The notes below the pieces were generated by a model, which ran no database searches, was not told where the DNA came from, and worked only from the letters and a program-made list of their open reading frames with translations. 14,570 bases of DNA, taken from sequence record SRR11831585_1183. One strand, written 5' to 3'. This document shows, one piece after another, positions 12,582-14,570 of the stretch (the stretch's first letter is position 1; each line of letters begins with the position of its first letter). Both the position numbers and the translations under genes were made by a program.

Positions 12582-13829
12582 ATGACTGATCAAGCTGAAA
12601 AAAAGCACTCTGCATTTTGGGGTGTTATGGTTATAGCAGGTACAGTAATTGGTGGAGGTATGTTTGCTTTACCTGTTGATCTTGCCGGTGCCTGGTTTTT
12701 CTGGGGTGCCTTTATCCTTATCATTGCCTGGTTTTCAATGCTTCATTCCGGGTTATTGTTATTAGAAGCAAATTTAAATTATCCCGTCGGCTCCAGTTTT
12801 AACACCATCACCAAAGATTTAATCGGTAACACCTGGAACATTATCAGCGGTATTACCGTTGCCTTCGTTCTCTATATCCTCACTTATGCCTATATCTCTG
12901 CTAATGGTGCGATCATTAGTGAAACGATATCAATGAATTTGGGTTATCACGCTAATCCACGTATTGTCGGGATCTGCACAGCCATTTTCGTTGCCAGCGT
13001 ATTGTGGTTAAGTTCGTTAGCCGCCAGTCGTATTACCTCATTGTTCCTCGGGCTGAAGATTATCTCCTTTGTGATCGTGTTTGGTTCTTTTTTCTTCCAG
13101 GTCGATTACTCCATTCTGCGCGACGCCACCAGCTCCACTGCGGGAACGTCTTACTTCCCGTATATCTTTATGGCTTTGCCGGTGTGTCTGGCGTCATTTG
13201 GTTTCCACGGCAATATTCCCAGCCTGATTATTTGCTATGGAAAACGCAAAGATAAGTTAATCAAAAGCGTGGTATTTGGTTCGCTGCTGGCGCTGGTGAT
13301 TTATCTCTTCTGGCTCTATTGCACCATGGGGAATATTCCGCGAGAAAGCTTTAAGGCGATTATCTCCTCAGGCGGCAACGTTGATTCGCTGGTGAAATCG
13401 TTCCTCGGCACCAAACAGCACGGCATTATCGAGTTTTGCCTGCTGGTGTTCTCTAACTTAGCTGTTGCCAGTTCGTTCTTTGGTGTCACGCTGGGGTTGT
13501 TCGATTATCTGGCGGACCTGTTTAAGATTGATAACTCCCACGGCGGGCGTTTCAAAACCGTGCTGTTAACCTTCCTGCCACCTGCGTTGTTGTATCTGAT
13601 CTTCCCGAACGGCTTTATTTACGGGATCGGCGGTGCCGGGCTGTGCGCCACCATCTGGGCGGTCATTATTCCCGCAGTGCTTGCAATCAAAGCTCGCAAG
13701 AAGTTTCCCAATCAGATGTTCACGGTCTGGGGCGGCAATCTTATTCCGGCGATTGTCATTCTCTTTGGTATAACCGTGATTTTGTGCTGGTTCGGCAACG
13801 TCTTTAACGTGTTACCTAAATTTGGCTAA
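12582..13829 (+). CDS. tnaB: Low-affinity tryptophan permease (HAAAP/Mtr-TyrP family), 415 aa
   Basis: IAGTVIGGGMFALP and SFGFHGNIPSL motifs, many hydrophobic segments, and position after tnaA. Confidence 0.98.
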   Translation: MTDQAEKKHSAFWGVMVIAGTVIGGGMFALPVDLAGAWFFWGAFILIIAWFSMLHSGLLLLEANLNYPVGSSFNTITKDLIGNTWNIISGITVAFVLYILTYAYISANGAIISETISMNLGYHANPRIVGICTAIFVASVLWLSSLAASRITSLFLGLKIISFVIVFGSFFFQVDYSILRDATSSTAGTSYFPYIFMALPVCLASFGFHGNIPSLIICYGKRKDKLIKSVVFGSLLALVIYLFWLYCTMGNIPRESFKAIISSGGNVDSLVKSFLGTKQHGIIEFCLLVFSNLAVASSFFGVTLGLFDYLADLFKIDNSHGGRFKTVLLTFLPPALLYLIFPNGFIYGIGGAGLCATIWAVIIPAVLAIKARKKFPNQMFTVWGGNLIPAIVILFGITVILCWFGNVFNVLPKFG

Positions 13830-13835
13830 ATCCTT

Positions 13836-13864
13836 CAAGAAGCCAGCCATTCGCTGGCTTCTTG
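13836..13864 (+). terminator. Hairpin after tnaB (probable end of the tna operon)
   Basis: CAAGAAGCCAGC-CATTC-GCTGGCTTCTTG: a perfect 12-bp stem just after the stop codon, with a weak U tract. Confidence 0.65.
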
Positions 13865-13960
13865 CCTCTCAGGAAATCACTTATGTCCAAATGGCAACTC
13901 GCCTGATCCTCCTTCACCACGTATGCTTTGCGTCACCTTACTATCAGGACGCTTTAGCCC

Positions 13961-14570
13961 ATGTCCCGCTTTTTGATTTGTAGTTTTGCCCTGGTTTTAC
14001 TTTATCCCGCCGGGATTGATATGTACCTCGTTGGTTTACCGCGCATCGCCGCCGATCTCAATGCCAGCGAAGCGCAGTTGCATATTGCGTTCTCCGTATA
14101 TCTGGCGGGGATGGCAGCTGCGATGTTATTTGCCGGTAAAGTGGCCGATCGTTCAGGGAGAAAGCCGGTCGCCATACCCGGCGCGGCGCTATTTATTATT
14201 GCCTCGGTGTTCTGTTCACTGGCTGAAACCAGCACGTTATTTCTTGCAGGCCGATTTCTACAGGGGTTGGGCGCAGGCTGTTGTTACGTAGTGGCGTTCG
14301 CTATTTTGCGCGACACGCTGGATGATCGACGTCGGGCTAAAGTGCTGTCATTACTCAACGGTATTACCTGCATCATTCCGGTGTTAGCGCCAGTGCTCGG
14401 ACATCTGATTATGCTTAAATTCCCGTGGCAGAGTCTGTTCTGGGCGATGGCAATGATGGGCATCGCGGTACTGATGTTGTCTTTGTTTATTTTAAAAGAA
14501 ACGCGCCCAGCGGCCCCCGCAGCTTCGGATAAACCACGAGAAAATAGCGAGTCGCTGCTTAACCGTTTTT
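13961..14570 (+). CDS. mdtL: MFS multidrug efflux transporter (DHA1 family), 5' part; runs off the window end
   Basis: ATG at 13961 reads [33 protein letters not shown], followed by MFS motif A ([12 protein letters not shown]) and motif B (GRFLQGLG). Absent from the ORF track, presumably because its stop lies beyond the window. Confidence 0.93.
   Translation, partial: MSRFLICSFALVLLYPAGIDMYLVGLPRIAADLNASEAQLHIAFSVYLAGMAAAMLFAGKVADRSGRKPVAIPGAALFIIASVFCSLAETSTLFLAGRFLQGLGAGCCYVVAFAILRDTLDDRRRAKVLSLLNGITCIIPVLAPVLGHLIMLKFPWQSLFWAMAMMGIAVLMLSLFILKETRPAAPAASDKPRENSESLLNRF

Noticed and set aside
13986..14291. 101-aa plus-strand ORF and 77-aa minus-strand ORF at the right end
   Set aside because: Both are alternative frames within mdtL, whose true frame begins at 13961.

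Overview
Conserved enterobacterial core region that I recognise as the Escherichia coli (K-12-like) dnaA locus. The minus strand carries dnaA-dnaN-recF-gyrB. A 606-bp divergent control region (6076-6681) holds a perfect DnaA box, nine GATC sites, promoters for both operons and a 26-codon small ORF (ysdD-like). The plus strand carries rpmH-rnpA-yidD-yidC, mnmE(trmE), the tryptophanase operon tnaC-tnaA-tnaB and the 5' part of the MFS transporter mdtL. rpmH, tnaC, the ysdD-like ORF and mdtL are missing from the ORF track and were read directly from the sequence. All complete genes look intact. I see no mobile element, CRISPR array, tRNA/rRNA or unexplained gene cluster, and I found no convincing previously undescribed system. 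The best second-look items are the TnaC tryptophan-sensing arrest peptide (well studied), the small ORFs in the dnaA-rpmH spacer, an unoccupied genomic-island attachment site at the mnmE 3' end, and regulatory sites embedded in coding sequence.
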